DNA from: Phycisphaerales bacterium
GTDB lineage: Bacteria > Planctomycetota > Phycisphaerae > Phycisphaerales > UBA1924
Direction of reading: 5' to 3'
Assembly: GCA_965227775.1 (NCBI GenBank)
Contig: OZ245777.1
Location: 3,008,001 to 3,072,000 of the forward strand
DNA: 64,000 bases
Every line of letters begins with the position of its first letter. Positions within the stretch are counted from its first letter, which is position 1. This document shows, piece by piece, positions 19,035 to 29,084 of the stretch. The notes beneath the pieces were generated by a model that was not told where the DNA came from, ran no database searches, and worked only from the letters and a program-made list of their open reading frames with translations. A program made the position numbers and the translations under genes.

Positions 19035-19059
19035 GGGCCAAGCCTACGCACGAGGCGGA

Positions 19060-21246
19060 TTACTCGACTCGGAACTCGATGTCATCCAGACCGATGCGGC
19101 CCTCGTTCGAGCCGAATCCGGGACCGAACTCGAAGCGCACCTGCTCGACGTCGCTCAGGTCCAGGTCGGTTCCGTCGCGCAGGAAGTCCGCGAGCTTGAT
19201 CGTGATGGTCTCGAACTCGTTCGACCAGCCGGCGCCCGAACCCGAGCCCGTCCGCTGGTACACCTCTTCGATCCCGCCGCCGAAGGCGCCGATGTTGATC
19301 GAGCTGCTACCACCTGAGCCATCAACGAGCGTAACCGTGAACGTCAGGTCCTCGAGCTCAGCGACAGTCTCGGGCGCTCGGCTGATCTGGCAGGCCCGGA
19401 AGCTGAGCGACACGAAACCACTCACGTCCCGTTGGATCGGCAACAGCGTGTACGCGAACGAAGCAGCCGCACCATCCCAGCCGAACGTCACGCCATCGCT
19501 GTCGTCGGGCGCGCCAGGGCGGTTGCGGGACATCCCGTTCATGGGCCGCGAGGGATTCCACGTGTACGTGCTATCCAGGTCTCGCATGAGTCCTTCGAAC
19601 ACACCGAACACATTAAAGGAAATCGACGCGCCGCTACTGGCCAGCGTGGTCGAGCTCTGGGTCTGGAAGTCGTCGAGCACGAAGTCGTCGCCGCCGCGAG
19701 CCGGGCGATACTCGTTGTCGACCACGGTGTTGTCGCTGATGGCCGGGAAGTCCAGGCTCTCCCATTGACGCTCGTTCACGTCGCGGGCAGGCTCGTTGCC
19801 TCGCACATAGAGCTGGATGAGCGACAGCCAGTCGATGAGTGCCACTCGCTGCACCTCGGCCCGGCCGATCTCCGTTCCGGGAGGGCCGGCGAAGTCGTTG
19901 AACCCGCAGCAATTGAAGTCGTTGTGGTCGGCACCCTGGATGTAGGTCACCTGCTTGTTGCCCGTGCCACGCTCATAGATCGCGAAGGGCTTGCTGCCGC
20001 TGGCCACGCTGCCGCGAACGTCGCCATCTGACGACCCATAGATGAGATGGAAGTTGGAAGTCCCGGGCAGGGCGCGGATGCCGAAGTCCGTTGGCGCGAT
20101 GCTCGACACGACGAGAATGTCGTCGAGCTCATAGTTCACCGGGTTGTAGTTGCCCGTCACGATGCGGTCGTACGCACGAGCAACGCCCTCGCCGCCCCGG
20201 CTGTGGCCAATCCACACCGTGCGGCTCTGGTCGAGGCGACCGTCGAGTGCTCCGCCCGCAATCGTGCCAAGGTTGCCAAAGAAGTAGTCGGTGTGACGCA
20301 GCGTGGTGCTCGAGGCGGTCTCGATACCCGGGACCGTGTCGTTCTGGTGGCTCATGACCACCCAGCCGTGGCTGGAAAAGTGGTCGTGCATGTAGTCGTA
20401 CCAGCGATAGTCCTGGCCGTTGCCGTGGCTGATGATCACCACAGGAACGTCGCTGCGACTGGCAATGTCGCTCGGATACGTCAGCCGCTGCTGATTGCGG
20501 GAGCCCGGAATGCCGGGGAAGGTCGCGGTATACGTCTCGACGCGCGTCCGCGCAGCGGGGCCCAACGACGTGAGGTCCTTGAACAGCCAGAAGCCCACGT
20601 CGTCGTAACCATCGATCAGGTCCCCGCCATCGAGCATGCCGTTGCGATTGATGTCGATCACGACGTCGTAGGGCACGCCGATGCTCTCGCCCGCGTCGGC
20701 ATTCAGGAAGCTGGTGCCGCCCATCATGGCGATGTTGTCAGCCGTCGAAGCCCCGCCGCCGAACGTCGCTGGCTGCGCGAGCCCACGGGCATCGACCAGC
20801 ATCGGATCGGCAACCCACTCCGATGAGGTCTTGTCATCGACGAGATACACGTCGACCGTGCCACTGGGCACGGTACCCAGCGACGGATCGATCGCGACAG
20901 AGATCACCTGCCCGGCGTTGAACGCCCGGACGTAATCGGCGTGCGGGAACTCGTCCAGCGCGATCGCGGCGAGTTGCAGCACCTGGAAGTCACCAGACGG
21001 GCAGCCGAGCGTGAAAAGGTTCTGGAACTCCAGGAAGTCGAAGATGTCCAGCCGACCATTGCCATCGAAGTCGGCGCGCAGATCGCCGGCATCGAAGAGA
21101 TTCTGAAACTCCAGGAAGTCGAACACCGTCAGTTCGCCATCACCGTCGAGATCTGCCAGGCAGTCACCCTGGGCTTGTGCGGCCGAGCCGATGGCCAGCC
21201 CAGCGGCGATCGTCAACGCCGCGGTAAATCGTGTCTTCATGCTCAT
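19060..21246 (-). CDS. Secreted alpha/beta hydrolase with N-terminal GC-type dockerin-like domain and C-terminal jelly-roll/CBM-like domain (paralog A)
   Basis: Signal peptide; CLADLDGDG..FDFLEFQNLF x2 ..GCP; HGNG, GHSRGG, DGDV, ADHNDF; C-terminal FETITIKLADF..GRIGLDDIEF. Confidence 0.78.
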   Translation of the reverse strand: MSMKTRFTAALTIAAGLAIGSAAQAQGDCLADLDGDGELTVFDFLEFQNLFDAGDLRADFDGNGRLDIFDFLEFQNLFTLGCPSGDFQVLQLAAIALDEFPHADYVRAFNAGQVISVAIDPSLGTVPSGTVDVYLVDDKTSSEWVADPMLVDARGLAQPATFGGGASTADNIAMMGGTSFLNADAGESIGVPYDVVIDINRNGMLDGGDLIDGYDDVGFWLFKDLTSLGPAARTRVETYTATFPGIPGSRNQQRLTYPSDIASRSDVPVVIISHGNGQDYRWYDYMHDHFSSHGWVVMSHQNDTVPGIETASSTTLRHTDYFFGNLGTIAGGALDGRLDQSRTVWIGHSRGGEGVARAYDRIVTGNYNPVNYELDDILVVSSIAPTDFGIRALPGTSNFHLIYGSSDGDVRGSVASGSKPFAIYERGTGNKQVTYIQGADHNDFNCCGFNDFAGPPGTEIGRAEVQRVALIDWLSLIQLYVRGNEPARDVNERQWESLDFPAISDNTVVDNEYRPARGGDDFVLDDFQTQSSTTLASSGASISFNVFGVFEGLMRDLDSTYTWNPSRPMNGMSRNRPGAPDDSDGVTFGWDGAAASFAYTLLPIQRDVSGFVSLSFRACQISRAPETVAELEDLTFTVTLVDGSGGSSSINIGAFGGGIEEVYQRTGSGSGAGWSNEFETITIKLADFLRDGTDLDLSDVEQVRFEFGPGFGSNEGRIGLDDIEFRVE

Positions 21247-21305
21247 ATCTCTCGTTCCTCCGCTCCCCGGTGGTTACTTCTTGGTCTTGTGGTGGTCAGG
21301 CGCGG

Positions 21306-23465
21306 CTATGGCAGCAGCCGGACGTCATCAAGGCCGATGCGACCCGACGGCGAGCCGTAGCTCGGGCCGAAGCGCAGCCGGATCGTTTCAACATTCGCAA
21401 GATCGATCTCGCGACCGTCGCGCGTGAAGTCGACCAGACGCAGTCGAATAGTCTCGAACTCGTTCTGCCAGCCCGCACCCGATCCGAAGCTGGTGCGTGC
21501 ATACGGATCTCGTACGCCCGCGTACTCGCCCGTTGAAACGGCGCTTGAGTTACCTGCGCCGTCGACCAGCTCGATCGTGAAGAACGTGTCGGCGAGCGAG
21601 CCGGTCGTCAGCGGGTGCCGCGTCGACTGCGCCGCCCGCACGCTTAGGCTGGTCATGCCACGAAGGTCGCGTTGATCAACAGGCAGGTCAAACTCGTACG
21701 AAGCATCGGCGGCGTCCCACTCGAAAACAACGCCGGCGGTCGTGTCGCTCGAAGCGCTGCTGGCTCGCGTCATCCCGTTCATCGGGTCGGTGCCACTGGT
21801 CGAGAACGCCGCGTCCCTGTCCTCGAGCCGGCCCTCGGTCAGGCTCGATACATCAAAGGACACGGTTGCCCCACCACTCGCAACGGTTGCCGAAGGCTCG
21901 CTCTGGTAATCATCGACGACCATGCCCACATCTGGACCGGGATTGTGCTCACGGATGATCTTCGAGCTCTGCGCGATGCTGGGCGATTGCAGCGAACGCT
22001 GGTGCCGCCAGATGAACTCCTCAGCCCACGCGTTGTCCTTGAGGTAGCGTTCGGCGAGTGCCAGCCACGTTGCGTTGGCAATCCTCTGGCCCTCGGGGCG
22101 ACCGATAGCCGTCCCCGCCGGCCCCGTAAAATCGTCGAAGCCGCAGCAGTTAAAATCGTTGTGGTCGGCCCCGTGCACGTACGTGACCTGTTTCGACCCG
22201 ACGCCCCGCTCGTACAGCTGGAAGCTCTGCCGGTCGTCGCGGTGCGGGCAGCCGCACACATCGCCATCGGCCGCACCGAACAGCAGGTGGTAGTTCTGGT
22301 CGTGGATCTGGCTGAGCGTCGCACGCCACACCGTGGGAGCAATGCTGCTCGTGACCTTGAAGTCGCTCAGCGAGTAGTTTGTTGGCACGTACACGCCGTC
22401 AACGATCTTGCTCGTCGCGCGGACCACGCCCTCGCCGCCGCGGCTGTGGCCGATCCACATCACCCGGCTCGTATCGACACGACCGGCAAGCACCGGCGCG
22501 ATCGTCTCGTAGTTGCCCAGGAACGCATCGGCGTGACGCAGCATGCTGTCGCTCGCCGCCTCGATACCCGGGATGGTGTCGTTCTGGTGGCTCATAACCA
22601 CGTACCCATGGCTGGCCAGGTGCTGCTGCACGTAGTCATACCAGCGATAGTCGTGCCCGTTGCCGTGCGCGATAATGACGACTGGCATATTGGTCAGGCT
22701 TGGGTCGGCCGGATACACCAGCAGCTCTCGCGTTCGGCTCGAAGGAAGCCCGGGCCAGCTGACCGAGTAGTCGAGCGCCGGCGCGCGGTCATACGGCCCC
22801 AGCCGCGTCAAGTCCTTCGCGTACCAGACACCCGTGTCGTCACCCAGCCCATCGATCAGATCGCCCGGCGAAAGCATGCCATCTCGGTCTGCGTCGATGA
22901 CGATGTCATACCCGGCCGCAACACTCGCCTCGGTTTCGGCCGGCGCAAGCAGGGCCGTCGAGTTCAGCATGAACACGTTCGAGGCGAACGATCCGCCAGG
23001 AAACGTCAGGCTCTGCGCGCCCGAGATGCGAGCGTCGATGAGCATCGCGTCTGCGTCCCACTCGGCTTGCGAGCGTGCTTCGACCACGTAGACATCCACC
23101 GGCACGCCGATGACATCTGGGTACACGCTCGGGTCGACCGCGATCGAAGCGGTCTGACCCACGACGAACGTATCGACGATCTCGATGTGCGGAAAGCCCG
23201 ACATCGGGCGACCAACCAACTCGACCCCGTCAACGTCGGCTGGACATCCCGCGTCGAAGGCGTTCTGAAACGCCAGGAAATCGAACAGCGTCAGATCGCC
23301 GTCGCCGTCAAAGTCGGCGGCAGGGTCGCCAGCGGCAAACAGATTCTGGAACTCGAGGAAGTCGAAGATCGACAGCGTCCCGTCGCCGTCGAGATCTGCT
23401 GGGCAGGCCTGACTGAACGACGCGAGGCCGGCGATAGCCAGCACGGCGAGGGCGGTTCTGCGCAT
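21306..23465 (-). CDS. Secreted alpha/beta hydrolase with N-terminal GC-type dockerin-like domain (paralog B)
   Basis: Start MRRTALAVLA; CPADLDGDG..FDFLEFQNLF..GCP; same HGNG/GHSRGGEG/DGDV/HNDFNCCGF motifs, colinear with paralog A. Confidence 0.78.
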   Translation of the reverse strand: MRRTALAVLAIAGLASFSQACPADLDGDGTLSIFDFLEFQNLFAAGDPAADFDGDGDLTLFDFLAFQNAFDAGCPADVDGVELVGRPMSGFPHIEIVDTFVVGQTASIAVDPSVYPDVIGVPVDVYVVEARSQAEWDADAMLIDARISGAQSLTFPGGSFASNVFMLNSTALLAPAETEASVAAGYDIVIDADRDGMLSPGDLIDGLGDDTGVWYAKDLTRLGPYDRAPALDYSVSWPGLPSSRTRELLVYPADPSLTNMPVVIIAHGNGHDYRWYDYVQQHLASHGYVVMSHQNDTIPGIEAASDSMLRHADAFLGNYETIAPVLAGRVDTSRVMWIGHSRGGEGVVRATSKIVDGVYVPTNYSLSDFKVTSSIAPTVWRATLSQIHDQNYHLLFGAADGDVCGCPHRDDRQSFQLYERGVGSKQVTYVHGADHNDFNCCGFDDFTGPAGTAIGRPEGQRIANATWLALAERYLKDNAWAEEFIWRHQRSLQSPSIAQSSKIIREHNPGPDVGMVVDDYQSEPSATVASGGATVSFDVSSLTEGRLEDRDAAFSTSGTDPMNGMTRASSASSDTTAGVVFEWDAADASYEFDLPVDQRDLRGMTSLSVRAAQSTRHPLTTGSLADTFFTIELVDGAGNSSAVSTGEYAGVRDPYARTSFGSGAGWQNEFETIRLRLVDFTRDGREIDLANVETIRLRFGPSYGSPSGRIGLDDVRLLP

Positions 23466-23602
23466 GGAGTCTCTCCCCGGAGTGGTGGGCGGCTCGGTGG
23501 GCAAGCCGGCTTCTTGCACAGATTACAGCACCAGGGCGACGACCGCGACGGAAAAAGCCGAAAAAGTGGCCCACGCGGCGAAAAACACGGGGAATCGCGC
23601 TC

Positions 23603-24781
23603 TCAGGCGGCACCCATGGCCCGGACACGCGCCAGCGAGAACGCACCGGCCAACGGATCGGCATCGTGGCCGTCGAGCATCGCCGCCACGGCTCCCGCCG
23701 CTGTCCGATAAGCAAGGGACATCCCGTGACCTGTAAAGCCCCCGCAGAACCAGATCGAGCCATCGTCGCCCACCGGCCCAACGAGCGGCATGCCGTCCGG
23801 CGAGAACCCCATCGTCCCCGCCCACCGCGCCTCAACGTGGATGGGAGCATCGAGGAGCATGCGCGCGAAGGCCTCGATGGCCTCCTGCACCTCCGTCGTC
23901 GAACGGTCATCAAGCGTCTGCTCGTGCGATGCGAACTTGCCGCGGCAGCCTCCGACCACGATCGTGCCGCTGGGCGTCTGTCGGATGTACTCGTGCCCGC
24001 GATTCACGTAGTAGGCATAGTCGAGCCTGACGCCCTCGGCCGAGAGCGCGAGCATCTGGCCGCGGTTGGGGCGCACGACGTCTTCGAGTTGCGGAAGGAG
24101 CGAGCCGGTGTACGCGTTGGTACACACAAGCACTCGCCGGCTGCACACGGTCGCGTTCGCCGTGCGAACCACGCAGTGCGCTCGATCGCCCTCAGCGTGC
24201 TCGATGGCGTGCACTTCCTGCCCGGAGAGCACCGCGCCGCCAAGCTTCGACGCAAGCAGGTTCACCAGTTCCGCCGGATTGACCGTTGCATCGCCCGGAT
24301 TCACAAGGCCGAGCATGGGCAGTCCGCTTGCCCAGGCGCTGTCGGCTCCCGACTCGGTCAATAACACGCCAAAGCCGTCCTCCTGCAGCATGGACACCGA
24401 AGAAGCCAAATCGTCTGCCTCGTCTTGCTCGAGCGCCAGGATGCAACTGGGCGTGTGGCGATATGAGGGCAACTCACCGGCGCCTTCGGAGCGCAGGCCC
24501 CGTAGGTTCTCTTCGCTCCATCGCCAGATGCTGCGCGCCGTCTCCTCGCCGAGCGTGTCACGCGCAACCTTGTAGCTCTCGGCCATGCCGCGCATGAGGA
24601 AGCCGGCGTTTCGCGAACTCGCGCCGGCCCCGGGTGCATGGCGCTCCAGCACAACGACGCTCAAGCCGCGACGCATCAGGTGCAGCGCAGCAGAAAGTCC
24701 GCAGACACCACCGCCGATCACGGCGACGTCTGCGTCGATCAGTTGGGGCTTCGAAGATCTCTGCCAGTATGGAACGGTCAT
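23603..24781 (-). CDS. FAD-dependent oxidoreductase (DAO/PuuB-like family)
   Basis: VIGGGVCGLSAA, GASSRNAGF, CTNAY, WAGTMGFSPDGMPLVG, GGFTGHGM. Confidence 0.88.
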   Translation of the reverse strand: MTVPYWQRSSKPQLIDADVAVIGGGVCGLSAALHLMRRGLSVVVLERHAPGAGASSRNAGFLMRGMAESYKVARDTLGEETARSIWRWSEENLRGLRSEGAGELPSYRHTPSCILALEQDEADDLASSVSMLQEDGFGVLLTESGADSAWASGLPMLGLVNPGDATVNPAELVNLLASKLGGAVLSGQEVHAIEHAEGDRAHCVVRTANATVCSRRVLVCTNAYTGSLLPQLEDVVRPNRGQMLALSAEGVRLDYAYYVNRGHEYIRQTPSGTIVVGGCRGKFASHEQTLDDRSTTEVQEAIEAFARMLLDAPIHVEARWAGTMGFSPDGMPLVGPVGDDGSIWFCGGFTGHGMSLAYRTAAGAVAAMLDGHDADPLAGAFSLARVRAMGAA

Positions 24782-24805
24782 CTGGCATCAGCCAGAGGCC
24801 GGCCC

Positions 24806-25003
24806 TCAGGCGACGGCCAGGCGAGCCTCACGCATGCTCAGCAGGCGGCGGCCGGCGAAGACCAGCAGACCAACACCGACCGCAATAGCAAGCACCGTCG
24901 GCACCGACACCGAGATGGCGCCGGCGTGGAACGCGAGACAATCGGTGCAGAAGCCGGCATGGGCGTGCGAGGCGTGGCAGGCGTGGTTGGTGCAAATGTG
25001 CAT
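24806..25003 (-). CDS. 65-aa His/Cys-rich single-TM micro-protein
   Basis: GGAG RBS before ATG25003; MHICTNHACHASHAHAGFCTDCLAFH then hydrophobic helix and GRR; GC-rich third positions; own promoter upstream. Confidence 0.68.
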   Translation of the reverse strand: MHICTNHACHASHAHAGFCTDCLAFHAGAISVSVPTVLAIAVGVGLLVFAGRRLLSMREARLAVA

Positions 25004-25054
25004 CGTGCGTCTCCGTTCTATGCCCTGGGCGTCTGTGCCCCGCGGGGAATGCTG

Positions 25055-25083
25055 AGTGTACCAGGGCGATAATCGAGTTTCAA
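25055..25083 (-). promoter_or_regulatory. Sigma70-type promoter upstream of the micro-protein
   Basis: TTGAAA-N17-TACACT on the minus strand. Confidence 0.6.
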
Positions 25084-25155
25084 GAATGACCTTCCGCAGA
25101 TCGGCAGATCCGGTCGACGGGGCCAGCAAGGCGAATCGGTCCGGCCCACAAACGA

Positions 25156-25187
25156 CACCGCGGCAGGCTATCGGGCCTGCCGCGGTG
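25156..25187 (-). terminator. Hairpin after rpmG, likely intrinsic terminator
   Basis: 13-bp perfect stem CACCGCGGCAGGC/GCCTGCCGCGGTG followed by TCGTTTGT on the minus strand. Confidence 0.6.
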
Positions 25188-25216
25188 GCTTGGTTCGTGC
25201 TGGCAACCCGGGTGGG

Positions 25217-25399
25217 CTACTTCCGCTTGATCTTGTGGAGCGTGTGCTTGCGAAGGCGGGGGCAGTACTTGTTGATGCCCTCCTTCATGCCCTCGGGCAG
25301 CCCACCACGGACGTTGACCGAGGTTCGGTAGTTGAGGTCGCCGGTCTCGCTGCACTGGAGCCAGACGTATTCGCGGGCAGCGCCCTTTTTCTTAGCCAT
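25217..25399 (-). CDS. rpmG: 50S ribosomal protein L33
   Basis: REYVWLQCSETGDLNYRT..KYCPRLRKHTLHK; follows tuf. Confidence 0.93.
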   Translation of the reverse strand: MAKKKGAAREYVWLQCSETGDLNYRTSVNVRGGLPEGMKEGINKYCPRLRKHTLHKIKRK

Positions 25400-25434
25400 G
25401 GGTCACGTCCTCTTGGGCGTTTCGCAAAAGGTGC

Positions 25435-26637
25435 TTACTCGATGATCTCGGTGACGACGCCCGAACCGATGGTGCGGCCACCCTCGCGGACGGCGAATCG
25501 CAACCCGGCCTCCATGGCGACGGGCTTGCCCTCGAGGTCGACCTCGATCTCGACGTTGTCGCCGGGCATGCACATCTCGGCGCCGCCAAGCAGGTTCACC
25601 GAGCCGGTCACGTCGGTCGTCCGCATGTAGAACTGCGGCTTGTAGCCCGAGAAGAACGGCGTGTGGCGACCACCTTCTTCCTTGGTCAGCACGTAGACCT
25701 CACCCTTGAACTTGCGGTGGGTCGCGATCGAACCGGGCTTCACGATGACCTGGCCGCGCTGGATGTCGCCCTTCTCAACGCCGCGGAGCAGCAGGCCGCA
25801 GTTGTCGCCGGCCATGCCCTCTTCCATCGACTTGTTGAACATCTCAACACCGGTGATGGTGGTCTTAAGCGGCTCGGGGCGCAGGCCCACGACCTCGGCG
25901 GCATCGCCAACCTTGACCACGCCGCGCTCGATACGGCCGGTAGCGACCGTACCACGGCCCTTGATGCTGAACACGTCCTCGACGGCCATCAGGAAGGGCT
26001 TGTCGGACTCACGCGGCGGCTCGGGAATGTAGCTGTCCAGCGCGTCGAACAACTCGTCGACGCCCTTGTTGGCAGCGTCATCACCAGGGTTCTCGACCGC
26101 GGCCTTGGCGGTGATGTGCACGATCGGGGTGTCGTCGCCGGGGAAGTCGTACTTGCTCAGCAGGTCGCGGACTTCCATCTCGACGAGCTCGAGCAGCTCG
26201 GGATCGTCGACGAGGTCGACCTTGTTGAGCGCAACAACGATGTAGGGCACGCCCACCTGGCGGGCCAGCAGCACGTGCTCGCGAGTCTGGGGCATGGGGC
26301 CGTCGGCGGCCGACACGACCAGGATGGCGCCGTCCATCTGGGCGGCACCGGTGATCATGTTCTTCACGTAGTCGGCGTGGCCCGGACAATCGACGTGGGC
26401 GTAGTGGCGGTTGTCGGTCTCGTACTCGACGTGCGACGAGTGGATCGTCACGGTCTTGGACGAGTCACGCACGGTACCACCCTTGGTGATTTCGGCGTAG
26501 CTCTTGGCCTTGCCGCCGCGCTTGGTGGCCGAGCGAGCGGCCATGGCGGCCGTCAGGGTGCTCTTGCCGTGGTCGATGTGACCGATCGTGCCGACGTTCA
26601 CGTGCGGCTTGGTCCGCTCGAAGACATCTTTTGCCAT
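25435..26637 (-). CDS. tuf: Elongation factor Tu
   Basis: [49 protein letters not shown]. Confidence 0.99.
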   Translation of the reverse strand: MAKDVFERTKPHVNVGTIGHIDHGKSTLTAAMAARSATKRGGKAKSYAEITKGGTVRDSSKTVTIHSSHVEYETDNRHYAHVDCPGHADYVKNMITGAAQMDGAILVVSAADGPMPQTREHVLLARQVGVPYIVVALNKVDLVDDPELLELVEMEVRDLLSKYDFPGDDTPIVHITAKAAVENPGDDAANKGVDELFDALDSYIPEPPRESDKPFLMAVEDVFSIKGRGTVATGRIERGVVKVGDAAEVVGLRPEPLKTTITGVEMFNKSMEEGMAGDNCGLLLRGVEKGDIQRGQVIVKPGSIATHRKFKGEVYVLTKEEGGRHTPFFSGYKPQFYMRTTDVTGSVNLLGGAEMCMPGDNVEIEVDLEGKPVAMEAGLRFAVREGGRTIGSGVVTEIIE

Positions 26638-26887
26638 CGCCGTCTACCTCCAGCATTGCCTCGTTGTCGGCCGCCCCGCTGTAAGGGCGTCTGGCCGACC
26701 GGTTTCTCATGAATCACAGCCGGAATCCACGCGGAACCGGCGATGTCTGCCTTTTGCCCGGCGGTGCTCCGAGCCCGAAATCCCCGCTCAAACACAGCGG
26801 GAGGGATTATAGACTGGTCGAGAGCCCAAATCGGGTCTCGCATGCCCGGCACGACCAACGCCCAGGCGTCGGTCGCAGGGCCAGCAA

Positions 26888-26959
26888 AGCCGCTGGTGAG
26901 ACTTGAACTCACGACCTCACCCTTACCAAGGGTGCGCTCTACCACTGAGCTACAGCGGC
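26888..26959 (-). tRNA. tRNA-Thr(GGT)
   Basis: GCCGCTGTAGCTCAGTGGTAGAGCGCACCCTTGGTAAGGGTGAGGTCGTGAGTTCAAGTCTCACCAGCGGCT cloverleaf; CCA not encoded. Confidence 0.97.
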
Positions 26960-27014
26960 GCTCCGGGCTACCCCCCGCTCAGCGGGAGGAATCCTCGCCC
27001 AAAAGCGAGCCAAC

Positions 27015-27042
27015 ATCGTACCCCATGGCATTTGGCCGTCAA
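27015..27042 (-). promoter_or_regulatory. Promoter for tRNA-Thr/tuf
   Basis: TTGACG-N16-TACGAT on the minus strand; the -35 overlaps the upstream stop codon. Confidence 0.55.
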
Positions 27043-28937
27043 CCCGGGGCGTCCTCGCCTTGGGTATCGGTCGTTTCGTCGCCGCCCAATAGCTGGGTTC
27101 GCGCCAGGTCCTGGTAGAGCTCGCAGCGGGCCATGAGCTGGTCGTGGGCGCCAATATCGACCACCTTGCCCGCCTCAAGCACCACAATGCGGTCCGCCCG
27201 CCGCACCGTGCTCAGCCGGTGGGCCACCACCACCGTGGTGCGCCCCTGGCTGAACTCGTCCATGGCCTCGTTGATGCGGGCCTCCGAGCCCGCGTCGATC
27301 ATGCTGGTCGCCTCGTCCAGGATCAGGATGGCAGGGTCCCGCAAGATGGCCCGGGCAATCGCCAGGCGCTGCCGCTGGCCGCCCGAGAGCGAGGTGCCCC
27401 GCTCGGCAATCTCGGCCCGAAGGCCACCCGGCATCTCGCTGACGAATTCGGTCGCCCGGGCCCGATCGAGCGCCGACTGCACCTCGTCGTCCGTCGCTGT
27501 GGGCTTGCCGTACGCCACATTGTCTCGCACGGTGCCCTCGAACAGCACTGTCTCTTGGCTCACGACGCCAATCTGCTTGCGGAGAGATCGCACCGAAACC
27601 TCTGTGAGGTCGTGGCCGTCAACGAGCACGGCTCCATGCTCAGGATCGTACATGCGGTAGAGCAGGCCGAGCAGCGTGGTCTTTCCCGAGCCATTTGGCC
27701 CCACGATCGCCACGCGCTCGCCGTGCTCGATCTTCAGGCTGACGCCATCGACCGCCGGCGTGCGCGCGCCGGGATACCGGACCGCGACGTCGGCCAGCTC
27801 GATGCTCTTGCTGTGGCGCGGCAGACGCTCGAGGCCCGGCTCGTGGCCGGGCTCTGTGCTGGCGTGCAGCAGCTCGTCGAGACGCTCGGCCGCGCCAGCG
27901 GAGGTCTGCATGTCATTGATCAGCCCGGTGAGGGGTTTGAGGGCGGCGCCGCCGAGGGCGAGACCACCGAGCACCTTCATGAAGTCGGGCACTTGCAGGC
28001 TTTCCTGGCGGATGAACCAGAACGCAACAAGCACCAACACGACCAAGATGAAGACGGTCAATACCTCGACGAACGGCTTGGAAAGCGCCCGGGCCGTTCG
28101 GGCCTTGAGCATCTGGTGGTATACGCGGCGGTTGGCCACGCTGAAGCGGTGCGCTTCGCGACGCTCGGCGGTGTATGCCTTGACAACACGCAGCGCCTGC
28201 GCAGCCTCGGTCGCGATCGAAAGCAACTGCGCCCGGTGCCCCATGGCCGCCTTGGACGCCCGTTTGATGCGACGCCCGAAGTAACGGATTACGCCCCACA
28301 CAGCGGGCGCGATGACCATCGCCAGGAGCGAGAGCTGCCAATTGATCACGAAGGCAAAGACGAGCGCGCCGAGCCCCTTGGTTACCTGCGTCACCGCCTT
28401 GCTGAGCAGCGCCTCAAACCCATACGCAAGTTGGTCGGCATCGGCGATCAGTCGACTGACCGCGTCCGAACCGCTCACCGGGCCGTTGGGAGAACCGGCC
28501 GAGTCTTCGATGCCCCCACGCTGAGCGGCGAGTAATGGCATGAACAGCAGCGATCGGAATGCCTTGCGGCGGATCCGCATGACCGTACGGTGCACGACTG
28601 TGAGCGCCAGAAACGCGTGCGTGAACTGGAAGAACCCAGACGCGACCGCGAGCACCGCGATCAGCACGACCAGGAGCACAATGCTCTGCCATGCGTCGGT
28701 TGGCAGTTGCTCGACCAGCCAAGCCGGAACGGTCCACTGGGCATTGTCGCGAGCGTTGTGCGTCTCGGCAATCTGCCGAAGGCCCTGCTGCTCGCCGAAG
28801 AGCCCATCGACAATGGGCGAAGCGGTCAGCAACCCGCCCGCGAGGCTGCCGCCCGACAGCACGGCGCAAATGAGCGCCAGGACGATGCGTCCCTTGAAGT
28901 CGAGCATGAGCTTGGCGAGTCGCCGAAAGGCGGACAT
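27039..28937 (-). CDS. ABC exporter, fused TMD-NBD (MsbA-like)
   Basis: Multi-TM N-terminal half; GPNGSGKTT, VSQETVLF, LSGGQRQR, ILDEATS, AHRLST. Confidence 0.9.
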   Translation of the reverse strand: MSAFRRLAKLMLDFKGRIVLALICAVLSGGSLAGGLLTASPIVDGLFGEQQGLRQIAETHNARDNAQWTVPAWLVEQLPTDAWQSIVLLVVLIAVLAVASGFFQFTHAFLALTVVHRTVMRIRRKAFRSLLFMPLLAAQRGGIEDSAGSPNGPVSGSDAVSRLIADADQLAYGFEALLSKAVTQVTKGLGALVFAFVINWQLSLLAMVIAPAVWGVIRYFGRRIKRASKAAMGHRAQLLSIATEAAQALRVVKAYTAERREAHRFSVANRRVYHQMLKARTARALSKPFVEVLTVFILVVLVLVAFWFIRQESLQVPDFMKVLGGLALGGAALKPLTGLINDMQTSAGAAERLDELLHASTEPGHEPGLERLPRHSKSIELADVAVRYPGARTPAVDGVSLKIEHGERVAIVGPNGSGKTTLLGLLYRMYDPEHGAVLVDGHDLTEVSVRSLRKQIGVVSQETVLFEGTVRDNVAYGKPTATDDEVQSALDRARATEFVSEMPGGLRAEIAERGTSLSGGQRQRLAIARAILRDPAILILDEATSMIDAGSEARINEAMDEFSQGRTTVVVAHRLSTVRRADRIVVLEAGKVVDIGAHDQLMARCELYQDLARTQLLGGDETTDTQGEDAPG

Positions 28938-29084
28938 AGGGGGGGAGTATTGCGGCCCCCCGGGCCCGGAGCAATGAGGAGCCCAGGTCGGCTCAGATCA
29001 CGGTGCGATGTCGGCGTTGGTGGCCCACAGGGCGGCCGGCGGTGTCTCTAGGAGTGACGAGTGCCAGGCCGATAGGCTTGTATC

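Noticed and set aside
23551..23586. Three GAAAAA tracts upstream of the dockerin hydrolases
   Set aside because: Could be a promoter or bending element but too short and irregular to support a call.
21672..23711. 679-aa plus-strand ORF
   Set aside because: Antisense shadow of the dockerin hydrolase, which has clear motifs and a paralog.
24845..24910. PEP-CTERM-like look of VPTVLAIAVGVGLLVFAGRR in the micro-protein
   Set aside because: No PEP motif, no N-terminal signal peptide, and the chain continues past the basic residues.
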